64,000 nt of DNA. Source: Minutocellus sp. GHC0000111 (taxonomy: Eukaryota). Shown here piece after piece: positions 26,950 to 36,305 of the stretch. Position 1 is the first letter of the stretch. Every line of letters begins with the position of its first letter. Location of the stretch: positions 5,022,001-5,086,000 of the forward strand of contig OZ361256.1 in assembly GCA_977018835.1 (NCBI GenBank), in the 5' to 3' direction. The position numbers and the translations under genes were made by a program. Under the pieces are notes generated by a model. It was given only the letters and a program-made list of their open reading frames with translations. It did no database searches and was not told where the DNA came from.

Positions 26950-27518
26950 TACCAGGATACAGCTCTTCGCCTCCACCAGGACATACAGTTCTTCGCCTAG
27001 AGTAAATGTCTAATTTAGAAATTGAAAATAGAAAATGCTACAAGTACACGAGCATTCGTCGAATCGTCGCAAATGGCACGGTTTTGGATAGCTCTTGATG
27101 AGTAGATCAAGAGAAAATTTTGAACTGCGGAAAATTCCATGATGTCGATGAGTTTTGCAGTGCTTCGATTTTTCGGCATAGCCGGACGATTTCTAAAAAT
27201 GCCCAATTAAGAAATACTAACTTCAACGTGTAAAAGCATTGCTAGTAGAAGCTAGTAGGTATACTGAACTTACAAAAACGCACATAACTTTCCCCCCAGT
27301 CCTCAGATTTCCAAAAACTCACCGGATTTGAGCTCCTCTCGACATGCTGAATCCAGCGAGCTATCAAACGCCCCCCAGAAAAATATTTCGATAACTGCAC
27401 TATTTTACTAGTAGAAGTATGGGAGGGAGGGCTCTGGATACCCCATTTCTTAATCATACCCATTTCTTAATATGACATTTACTCTACACCAGGATATTAA
27501 AGTTCTTATTTCGCCTAC
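26950..27518 (+). repeat. three degenerate ~23-32 bp tandem units (caccagga..ttcttcgcct) split by the MITE
   Basis: units at ~26950-26972, 26974-26999 and 27487-27518. Confidence 0.65.
27000..27484. mobile_element. 485-bp non-autonomous DNA transposon (MITE) with TA target-site duplication
   Basis: TA(26998-9)|GAGTAAATGTC...GACATTTACTC|TA(27485-6); 11-bp perfect TIR, 21/25 over 25 bp; AT-rich non-coding interior. Confidence 0.85.
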
Positions 27519-27541
27519 CGGTAATAACGTCTTAGTAGACT

Positions 27542-29422
27542 CTAGCTAAGCATCTTCGTTGGTAAAATATTTGCAAATCTTGATCTCAGGGCTGCTTCTT
27601 CGGAGCACTTTTCTTTGTACGTGACCCATTCGTCGTCGGTAAGCAAGCACTGATCTAAGGTTTCGCACACGCATTGTTGGATGCTAGGATTGTTGAGTTT
27701 TGGCCCGATAAATACCACTTCTTGCCTCCTGTCGCCAACGGCCGGCATCGATGGATCACCCTCGTCGTGATTTGCGTCATCAAAATCTGACAGTATATCT
27801 GCCTTGGCCTCTTCGGGCCAGTTCTCTTTTGGCAATGTAGTCCACCACCGCCCAAGACATTGCATCTCAAAAGAAGATCCTGCGTGAGACCAATACATGG
27901 CAGCAAGGTTACTATCCGCGAGCCAAGCGAAGCCTTTGCTTCGGATGACACATTTTAATGCCGTAGCTGCAGTTGGAGAAACAGTAATTTCGCCGCCTTC
28001 ATTTGAAAGTATTTCTTCATCGTTGCAACCTGGAACGCCTCTAACAATTGGCAAATGCCTCAAAAATGCTGTCAAGCGAGAGGGATGAAATGGTCTTCTT
28101 GCCCTGTAAACGAAGCTACCAATACCAGCATAGCTAACAATTCCATTATCAGAATGCATGTGGTCATGGGAGTGCGACGGATCGGTACATTTTGGGTCTG
28201 TGCAGGCAGCGTCATCATCTCCGTGTTGATGTGTGTGAGTATGGCTCGTATCAGTGCATTCAGGGTCAGTACAGTCCGCGTGATTGTGCTCTCTCCCGTG
28301 TTGATGATTGTGGCTATGGCTCGTGTCAGTGCATTCAGTATCAGTACAGTCAGCACTAGAAGTATTGTGGCTATGGCTGTGGCTGTGGTTGTGGCTCTTT
28401 GTTTCATGCTCATCTCGCGAAGCTGCAGAGACGTAATCACGATGATCATCAACGACCCCCGCTTCTACGACACCGTTCGCCTTAGCAGCACCCAAAACAT
28501 CCCCCAGGCGATCCACCGCAGCGAATGCTGTCTTGATTACAGTAGCCCTGGGATTCAATGACGAAACAATATTCTCGATCTCCGTAAGCTTGGCTGCCGA
28601 ATCTACATTCTCTTCCTCCTCCAATATGTCCACCTTATTAAGCAAAATTATATCTGCCACCTCTGTTTGTTCGACTAATAAATCAGATACGCCACTCCCA
28701 TCAACAACGGAAGCGGTGGGAGCGTCGATAGCATCCTCTCCCATCGCTTCGGCCAGCTTACCTGGAAGATAATCCATCCAATTTGCCTCTTTGGCCTTTT
28801 CTCGCTCCGCTTCATTTCTATAGTGCAATTCCGGCGAGTCATTCTCATCTGTACTCTTGGCACTATTCAGGTACTGTTGGTAAGTCGTAACATCCACAAC
28901 AGTGACCATTGTATCGAGCTGTACCCTTTCCATGAGTGGCATATTGTAAAAGAGCGCATCTTGGAAATGTCCGCGAATAGCGCGAGGATCGCTAACCCCA
29001 CTGGCTTCAATGACGATGTGATCGAATCTATCCGTAGGATCCCGTAGATCGCTTATAGTAATGAGCTCTGATACTGACAATAGAAGCTCGTCGGAGAGAG
29101 AACAGCAAGCACATCCGTTTGATAGCTGGATGACAGTATCAGGCTTCGCCCCAGCGCCTGCCCTTGCATTCGGTGCAGCTGTCCCTCCAACTACCAGCTT
29201 TTCGTCAATGTTAACACTGGCAACATCATTTACAATCACAGCAATCTTTAGACCGTCGTTGTTCTGCAATAGGTGCTGAAGGAGAGTTGTTTTACCGCTA
29301 CCGAGAAACCCGCTCAGTACGGTGATGGGAATGGGAATCGGGTGGGGACTTGCAGGAGAGGAAAAGGCTTGGCCAAGCGACAGAGTCGCCAACCATAAGA
29401 ACGCAAAAGCCGTCGATATCAT
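27542..29422 (-). CDS. CobW/COG0523 GTPase metal chaperone, plastid-targeted
   Basis: GFLGSGKTT, IVND, NGCACC, IVIEASGV, QTEVADIILLNKVD, RRPFHP, RSKG, GDRRQEVVFIG; signal peptide + QAF. Confidence 0.9.
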   Translation of the reverse strand: MISTAFAFLWLATLSLGQAFSSPASPHPIPIPITVLSGFLGSGKTTLLQHLLQNNDGLKIAVIVNDVASVNIDEKLVVGGTAAPNARAGAGAKPDTVIQLSNGCACCSLSDELLLSVSELITISDLRDPTDRFDHIVIEASGVSDPRAIRGHFQDALFYNMPLMERVQLDTMVTVVDVTTYQQYLNSAKSTDENDSPELHYRNEAEREKAKEANWMDYLPGKLAEAMGEDAIDAPTASVVDGSGVSDLLVEQTEVADIILLNKVDILEEEENVDSAAKLTEIENIVSSLNPRATVIKTAFAAVDRLGDVLGAAKANGVVEAGVVDDHRDYVSAASRDEHETKSHNHSHSHSHNTSSADCTDTECTDTSHSHNHQHGREHNHADCTDPECTDTSHTHTHQHGDDDAACTDPKCTDPSHSHDHMHSDNGIVSYAGIGSFVYRARRPFHPSRLTAFLRHLPIVRGVPGCNDEEILSNEGGEITVSPTAATALKCVIRSKGFAWLADSNLAAMYWSHAGSSFEMQCLGRWWTTLPKENWPEEAKADILSDFDDANHDEGDPSMPAVGDRRQEVVFIGPKLNNPSIQQCVCETLDQCLLTDDEWVTYKEKCSEEAALRSRFANILPTKMLS

Positions 29423-29904
29423 CCCTAAATACTGCAATATTTTCAAGAGCAATTGCTGCAATACTATGTAGAAAAGGAGAGTCGTGCCAAGTCAAGTCGA
29501 GCTCGGAGCACCAATCAAGAGCATCAGCCAGGAAGAGCCACTTTTTTGTGACGAGAGGAATGAAAGAGCCATCTCGCTCGGTGCGGCGCGGTCTCAAGCG
29601 GGCTGGGGACGGAGGACAGACGAGAGGCAGGCAAGATGTCATCGTCAAGAGTCAAGAGCTGCTGCTGTGCTGCTGCTGCTGCACGCAGCTCCTGATCCCA
29701 ATCTCTTTCTTTAATAAACAGCCATGGTATGCATTCTATTGGTTTTAAAAGGTAAGCATGTAGGCCTAGCTAGGAATCCCATTCAACCCGCAGTCGAGTA
29801 CGAGCTGAGTGAACTGAAGTGTACCACCCAAAACGTGTGTATCAACTACCATTGTGACAGCCTCCTTTCTTCCCGCCGATGCCTTGAAGATATCCCTCGT
29901 AGAT

Positions 29905-31094
29905 CTACTCCTCTACGACAATATGTGCAATATCCCAAGGACCTACAATGATCTCCTTGTGGTGCTGAAGATACCACTTGACTGAGGGTGAGACCGCACA
30001 TGTGAAAATCAGCGTGCCAAAAAACACAATGCGTTCCAGCATGTTTACAAGCGATGGGATCGTGGCAGTTGTTGCAGCAACGGTTATTATCTGACACGGC
30101 GTGAATATTTCTGCCAGGAAAAGTGAATCATCGTTTTTAGCAAATTTGCCAAAGAGTGTGAGCCAAATAATATATGCACCGAACAAATAGAGCAGCAAAG
30201 GCCAACGGCGTAGATCTACTTACTGGATTGAGTTTGTCTTGCTGCAATTGCGTGACGCGCTGCCGGGTAGAATGCGAACAAAAGCACCGCAGATGAAATG
30301 AAAGCATATGACATTACGTTCGTGGGCAACCTCGAAGCAAGCAGTGTTGTTGAGAACAAGGCTGCATTCAAGGAAACGGTGCCACCTGAGAATGTTGGAC
30401 GACCAGTGTGCAGACGACGGGTGCTTCCCCGCTGACCGTCGCCACCATCGCCGTCGTTTCCTTTCGTTGAAATCCCAAGAGCATACGAATAGTCACAAGC
30501 GAGCAAATGAACTACCATACCACCCATCGCAAGCGCATTGACTGTATCTGATGAGTACGAGGCTGTCAGTGTCCGCAAACCTGAGGCCAGGAAACGCAAT
30601 ATTGCTGCCAAGATGATTGCATCAGACACCCTAACGAGCATGCGCTTTCTCTTCCCCTTTGCGCTGATACATCGCATTTTCTGATCTGACGATGTTTGGC
30701 TGTTATACAATATAAACACTGCCACCAATGCGACTGCGACCATACATAATATCTGTTTTGATTCCCCATGTTTTGTTGTATGCGATTCCCATTCTTCGAT
30801 GGCATCTCGGTGCCGAGCCAGGAATAGGCTCGCCAATACGAATTCTTGTCCGACCACCATTGAGTTATTTATTACATCCATCAGTTCTCTAGGCGGCGGC
30901 CTTTGAACTTCGAGTGACACAAGGTCAGTGCTGGGGACAGACCGAGCGCGGAGGAAGGATTCCGTCGTGCCGCCTGCGCCAAAGTGTTCGTCTTCGCTGG
31001 TATCGGCGGTTGAAATTCTATCTGCACAGTTTCGCTGGTCACTATCCTTGTCGTCATCGCGCCAAAGCTTTGGATAATGGGCATAGCGCGACAT
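29905..31094 (-). CDS. PIGC: phosphatidylinositol N-acetylglucosaminyltransferase subunit C (GPI2); intron 30111-30223
   Basis: LRTLTASYSSDT, VSLNAALFSTTLLASRL, C-terminal KEIIVGPWD; start codon uncertain. Confidence 0.75.
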
Positions 31095-31505
31095 AGCAAC
31101 ACTCACACTAGCTACGTACGTAGCTAGACTAGCTAGAAGCAAGCAAGGTGCGAGACGGCGTCCAATCGGTGGGGACAGGCAGTGTTGAAGCAGCGGAGTG
31201 AATAATGAGCATTGCAGCATGAAATGCGCCAATTCGCAATTTTCTGTGACGTGTTGACGACGAACCCAGGTACAAGCAGGCCATCTGTGCCTGCCGACCT
31301 TCGCTGCGCTCCGCTGATGAGCTGCCGCTTCGCAGTGAAGACGCCTGGAGGGAGATCTCTACCCTCTAATCACGGAAAAAAATATCTATAGTATTCTCTA
31401 GCAACTCATGAGATTGAATTCTCACCAACTCCACTATCTTGTCGCCTTCCATCAACAAAATACCCCTCCAAGCTGGTGCCCGACTTTGGTCGGGTTTGCT
31501 CATAC

Positions 31506-32387
31506 TTACCGATTACGAATATATCCAAATGTCTGGGCTCCAAAGAATGTCAAATAGGGTGGAGCGTCCTCTGCCGTAGGTCGAAATTGTTTCTTTGTTG
31601 CATCCCAATACAATTCGTCAACATATGCGTCAATAATTTCAGCCATGACAAGGTGGTGTTCCTCGTCAATGATTCCAGTGGCGGGTTCATTGATAACAGC
31701 ATACGTCCGACAATGCATGTGTGCACAGGTTCCATGTATTGCAAAGCTTCCATCGCCTTCCTGAGTAGACTCTTCTAAATGCCCAAGGGGAACAGCACAC
31801 AAATTGGGTATTCCCTTTGCCATCTGCATTCGTTTATGTTTCTTTCTTTGTCTGTTTGACATAGAGGCTAGATCCAATTCCGACTTTTCCGAAGAATTGG
31901 CGTCGTTCTGATTATGATCTTTCATAAATTTACTTCCCCACTTGCCCGATGTGCCGCCGACGTCAATCACCAACTGTTCCATGCCTTGAACAGGACACGA
32001 CAATACAAAATTGACTCCTGTTTTCGTCATGCCGCTACTTTCGTCAATGGGAACAATAGTCGATGCGCTGTGTCGATTTCGATTAATACTGAACATGAAT
32101 CTACCAGAATTATTGGTCGCTGTGAGCCAAGAAAGAACCATGACATTGCGTCTCTTTACTGCTGCCGCCCTGTTCAATGTCAGCCCACTTTCACCCTTGT
32201 CTGGCTGAGGGGGTGGAGGCGAAGAGGAGCAAGAAGTCGTAGTCGATAGGAAGCAGACGGGGTTGGGATACAGTAGTCGAGAGAAGTCCTTCTTCTCGGT
32301 TAAATGAATCCATTGCTGTGGACGAACACCATTACCATCGCAAACATCGTTGCCGCTGGCGCCTGATTCGCCATTGTGGTGCTCCAT
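31506..32387 (-). CDS. flavin reductase-like FMN-binding split-barrel protein
   Basis: RLLYPNPVCFL, NVMVLSWLT, VGGTSG, DEEHHLVMAEI. Confidence 0.65.
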   Translation of the reverse strand: MEHHNGESGASGNDVCDGNGVRPQQWIHLTEKKDFSRLLYPNPVCFLSTTTSCSSSPPPPQPDKGESGLTLNRAAAVKRRNVMVLSWLTATNNSGRFMFSINRNRHSASTIVPIDESSGMTKTGVNFVLSCPVQGMEQLVIDVGGTSGKWGSKFMKDHNQNDANSSEKSELDLASMSNRQRKKHKRMQMAKGIPNLCAVPLGHLEESTQEGDGSFAIHGTCAHMHCRTYAVINEPATGIIDEEHHLVMAEIIDAYVDELYWDATKKQFRPTAEDAPPYLTFFGAQTFGYIRNR

Positions 32388-32641
32388 GACTGATGACTGA
32401 GGTCAACTGCAAATCTACCAGCCAATTGGTAGTGCAGATCTCCCGCAAACCGCCATACTACGTAGCTAGCTAGTACCGATAGGCGACGGTCAGACCTCAA
32501 AGTTGCGCTCACGCCTCACGCCGCGGCCGCGCCGCGCCATCGCCATGCCAGCACCTCCAGCCATATGTTATGTGTAATTCGTACCAGCAGTCAGCATAGC
32601 AGTAGCAGCAGCACCCCAGTACACGTAGTAGTAGCACAACG

Positions 32642-33124
32642 ATGGATCGAGTCCAGGCGGAAGAGACGCCAGCCGACCTTTGGAGGGCGCAGCTGAATGC
32701 CACATGCAATCGGTTAAATACCCAATATCTCAGCCTGTTGCGGTCGGCTTCATCGGCGGCCGCATTGCAAGAGCACGGCGCCACGGGCGGTGACGTGAGC
32801 GCAATAAGTCATGACCCTCGATCGGGTGGTGGCATGATGAGGGAAACGACCGAACCGCCGCCGCCTTTGGCAGCCGATGCGTCGCTCAGTGCATTGCAGG
32901 CCAAGCTAGCCGCTCACAATCTCTGCGTGGCGTCGGCGAATCTTCTTGACCTCATTCGAACGCTCAGATTAAGTGCCCTCCTTATGGACGAGGAAGCAAT
33001 CGCAGCCGAGGAGGAGGAGGAATGTGAAGAATGCCAAAACGTTGCAAAGGAGGCCGTGGGAGAGTCTGTTCAGTTGGAGGCTGAACTCATGAACTTGCGG
33101 AACGATGTCGATGCTGGGCGGTGA
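32642..33124 (+). CDS. MED22: probable Mediator subunit 22
   Basis: helical 160 aa; AKLAAHNLCVASANLLDLIRTLRL resembles the Med22 core. Confidence 0.55.
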   Translation: MDRVQAEETPADLWRAQLNATCNRLNTQYLSLLRSASSAAALQEHGATGGDVSAISHDPRSGGGMMRETTEPPPPLAADASLSALQAKLAAHNLCVASANLLDLIRTLRLSALLMDEEAIAAEEEEECEECQNVAKEAVGESVQLEAELMNLRNDVDAGR

Positions 33125-33481
33125 CCTACCCTGTTCACCCTAAGGATGGTGACCCTGGGGATGGTGGCACATCAGGTGCTGTTGTGGTCCAGGGTTTTCC
33201 ATGTCGGCTTGATTCGTTTCAGAGCACGAGCGAAGGCAGCAATACCGGTCCACTCATCTGTAGTTCACGTATCATCAAATCTGATCCAAGCAGCTTTGCA
33301 ATACCCTCCTATTTTGTATAAAGGAGATAGGACGATATTCACTACATTTACATTAAGTTGCCAGTAGTGAGATTTGACTGTTGGCCTCTGCGGTAACGAT
33401 CACATAACTCCCACTAGCAGAAGTCTTTGCTAATTTAAAAGGTATTGATACATAAAGTAGGAGCAGCACGAGATCGAGAAT

Positions 33482-34342
33482 TCATCTGCTTGTTTTGCCT
33501 CTGCTGCGAACTTGCTTCCCCACCCTCCTTTCGAGGCGCTCGAATAGCAAGCTCTTCGTAGGAATAGAATATTTGTGAGGCATGACTACGTTGGCATTGT
33601 TAGAGCAAGATAAATCTGGCCTTTCCTTGAATAGATTTTGCTCACACATGGGTAGTGATTTATTGCTCCTCGTCGGTGACGTTTCGTTCTCTTCATCGGA
33701 CTTGTTGGACCTCTCATCGGGGGTAAATGCCGCGGCGGAACGGACGCTACTACTTTTCTTGGGACGAAGTTTAGTTTTGCCATCGCACACCGTAGGAATC
33801 AACTTAGTTTGAGTACCTGTACAAAAGGAAGAGACATTTTGCTCTGCGTCCATGCCTACATCTGTTTGTATATCAAGCCAGGGCTGTACGCCTTTTGCAG
33901 GCACTCTGAGCGGAGTCCTTATCTCTGAGTCCTTCGCACGAGTGGGTGTTTTTACATTTTTGTGGTTGTAAACAATGGGAGAAATATCATCGGCTTGGAA
34001 GGGTGGCGGCGACATGAATGTCGTAGACGAATGGCGAGGGGAGCAATCATCAGAAGAAACTGCCATCAAGACCATCGGATTCTCTCCATCGAAGCCATCG
34101 AACAAAGAAACACTGATCTCCGATGGTAACATCGACAAATTATGCGGGGATGAACTCGACATCGACGACGACGAGCTAGCGGTGAAAGTAGCTGATGCAC
34201 GGCTGTCGACATCATCATTGTCGTTGTCTTTGGTGCTGGCTACATCGGTGTCGAGGAGAGAAAGAACATACCTCGCCGATCTCTTTTGCCAATACAACCT
34301 TACAGATGCAACATCAACGATTGACGTATCAATTTCACCCAT
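33482..34342 (-). CDS. hypothetical Ser/Pro-rich disordered protein
   Basis: 286-aa ORF, no recognised domain. Confidence 0.5.
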   Translation of the reverse strand: MGEIDTSIVDVASVRLYWQKRSARYVLSLLDTDVASTKDNDNDDVDSRASATFTASSSSSMSSSSPHNLSMLPSEISVSLFDGFDGENPMVLMAVSSDDCSPRHSSTTFMSPPPFQADDISPIVYNHKNVKTPTRAKDSEIRTPLRVPAKGVQPWLDIQTDVGMDAEQNVSSFCTGTQTKLIPTVCDGKTKLRPKKSSSVRSAAAFTPDERSNKSDEENETSPTRSNKSLPMCEQNLFKERPDLSCSNNANVVMPHKYSIPTKSLLFERLERRVGKQVRSRGKTSR

Positions 34343-34572
34343 GGTGTTTGACTTTATTCCTTCTCTTGCGTTCGAAATGTGGCAGCAACTGGTGGTGTTT
34401 GTTCAGATCTTCTTGCTGCCGACAAGATCTCGCCAATGGCGCAGTCCCGTCTCCAAAGACGACTGAATTGAGCTGCGACGTGTTTGCTTGCATACTCTCC
34501 GCCCCGCCGCAAACCCGAAGTTGCCGCCATTTTACTTTGCTTGGCAGCTTGGCAGTAGCTACTGTGAGTGTA

Positions 34573-36213
34573 ATGTGCTCGTATCTGCTTAGTATCAGCC
34601 ATTCAAGTAGGATCGCCCGTTACCGGCGACCATATCTTCTTTCCTCTGCGGTCGCAGCGGTTTTCTCAATAAGGTCGGCATCGGCTCTTTCAGCACCGAG
34701 CATGCTGGCATCCGTCAGTGATGTGTCTTTTCGCTTGAACAACCCATCGCTGCTACCGGCGGCTGACAATCTGAATTCCGATGAGAAGACCTTCAACGTC
34801 GTCAACCCAGGCTCCAGGGATGGATTGGAAGTTATTGCCAAGTGCCGCGTCATGGATCAGTCAGATGCCAAGACCATCATCGAATCATCCGCCGCAGCTC
34901 TTCCATCGTGGTGAGGCGAAACGAGTTGCCTGCACTGGTCCAAGATCCTCACGAAATGGAGCGAATCCATCAAGGACAACTTGGAAGATGTGGCGACAAT
35001 AATGACGATGGAATCGGGCAAGCCTCTTGCTGAATCAAAGGGGGAAGTGATGTATGCATGTTCGTTTCTAGACTACTACGCGGGCGAGGCACTACGGCCG
35101 ACCAGTGCTGGTGGCGGATTCATTGCTCCCACCACTTTTGCAACGCCGGAGGGAGCACCGCGGGGTCAAATCATGGCAATTCATGAAGCTGTTGGCGTAT
35201 GTGGGATGATCACACCTTGGAATTTTCCTTCTGCCATGGTTACTCGCAAGGTAGGCCCGGCACTTGCGGCGGGGTGTACAGCTGTCGTCAAGCCATCGGA
35301 ACTTACACCTCTCACGGCGATCGCTCTGTGTGAATTGGGCAAAATGGCTGGTATACCAGATGGTGTATTTGAATTGATAGTTGCCGATGCCACAACAACC
35401 CCTGACGTCGGCGCGGAGCTTTGCTCGAACCCGATCGTAAAGAAGATTAGCTTTACGGGTAGTGTCGCCGTTGGAAAGCTCCTGGCAAGACAAAGTGCAA
35501 GCACAGTCAAAAAGGTTTCACTGGAGTTGGGCGGGAACGCGCCCTTCATTGTATTTGATGATGCAGATCTTGATGTTGCTGTATCCTCAGCAATCGCCTC
35601 CAAATTTCGTCATGCTGGCCAAACCTGCGTTTGTGCCGATCGATTCCTAGTCCACAACAGTGTACATGATGAATTTGTGTCCAAGTTTGTTGCCGCAGTA
35701 GAGCAATTCAAGGTTGATCAAGGTATGAATAAAGGGACAACAATGGGACCTCTCATCACTCAAATGGCGGCCAAGAGTGTGGAAGCCAAGGTACAGGAAG
35801 CAATGGCCGAAGGAGGAAAGTGTTTGGCAGGAGGCTCTGAGCTCACCGAAGTTGGTGCGAATTTCTTTCAGCCCACAATTATTACAAATGTCGCAACAAA
35901 TTCTCGACTTTGGAAGGAAGAAACTTTTGGTCCAGTGGCCGCGATTCGATCCTTTGACACCGAGGAAGAGGCAATTGAGCTAGCCAATGATTGTTCCGTT
36001 GGATTGGCATCGTACTTTTGTTCCAAAGATCTATCTCGTGTCTTTCGTGTGGCGAGAAGAATTGAAACAGGAATCGTTGGGATAAATGACGGCATTATAA
36101 GTACTGCGTCAGCTCCATTCGGTGGAGTCAAAGAGAGCGGCCTCGGCAGAGAAGGGAGTGCAATGGGCCTCGGGGAGTACCTTGAAACGAAATATGTGTT
36201 TGTCAATGCCTAA
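34573..36213 (+). pseudogene. succinate-semialdehyde dehydrogenase (ALDH5/GabD-like) with in-frame TGA (34912-34914)
   Basis: ITPWNFP, ISFTGS, LELGGNAP, GQTCVC, EETFGP, PFGGVKESGLGREG; LPSW*GETSCLHWSKILTKW reads through in frame. Confidence 0.85.
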
Positions 36214-36305
36214 TTTCACAAGCATGCAAGCGTAAATTTGTAGTGGTTGCTAAGCTTGACTCGCCTAATAACTATGACTTGCTACCTTTAGAGTTAAATG
36301 TAATT

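Noticed and set aside
26950..27518. CRISPR-like array
   Set aside because: Only three degenerate adjacent units, no unique spacers, no cas genes, eukaryotic context
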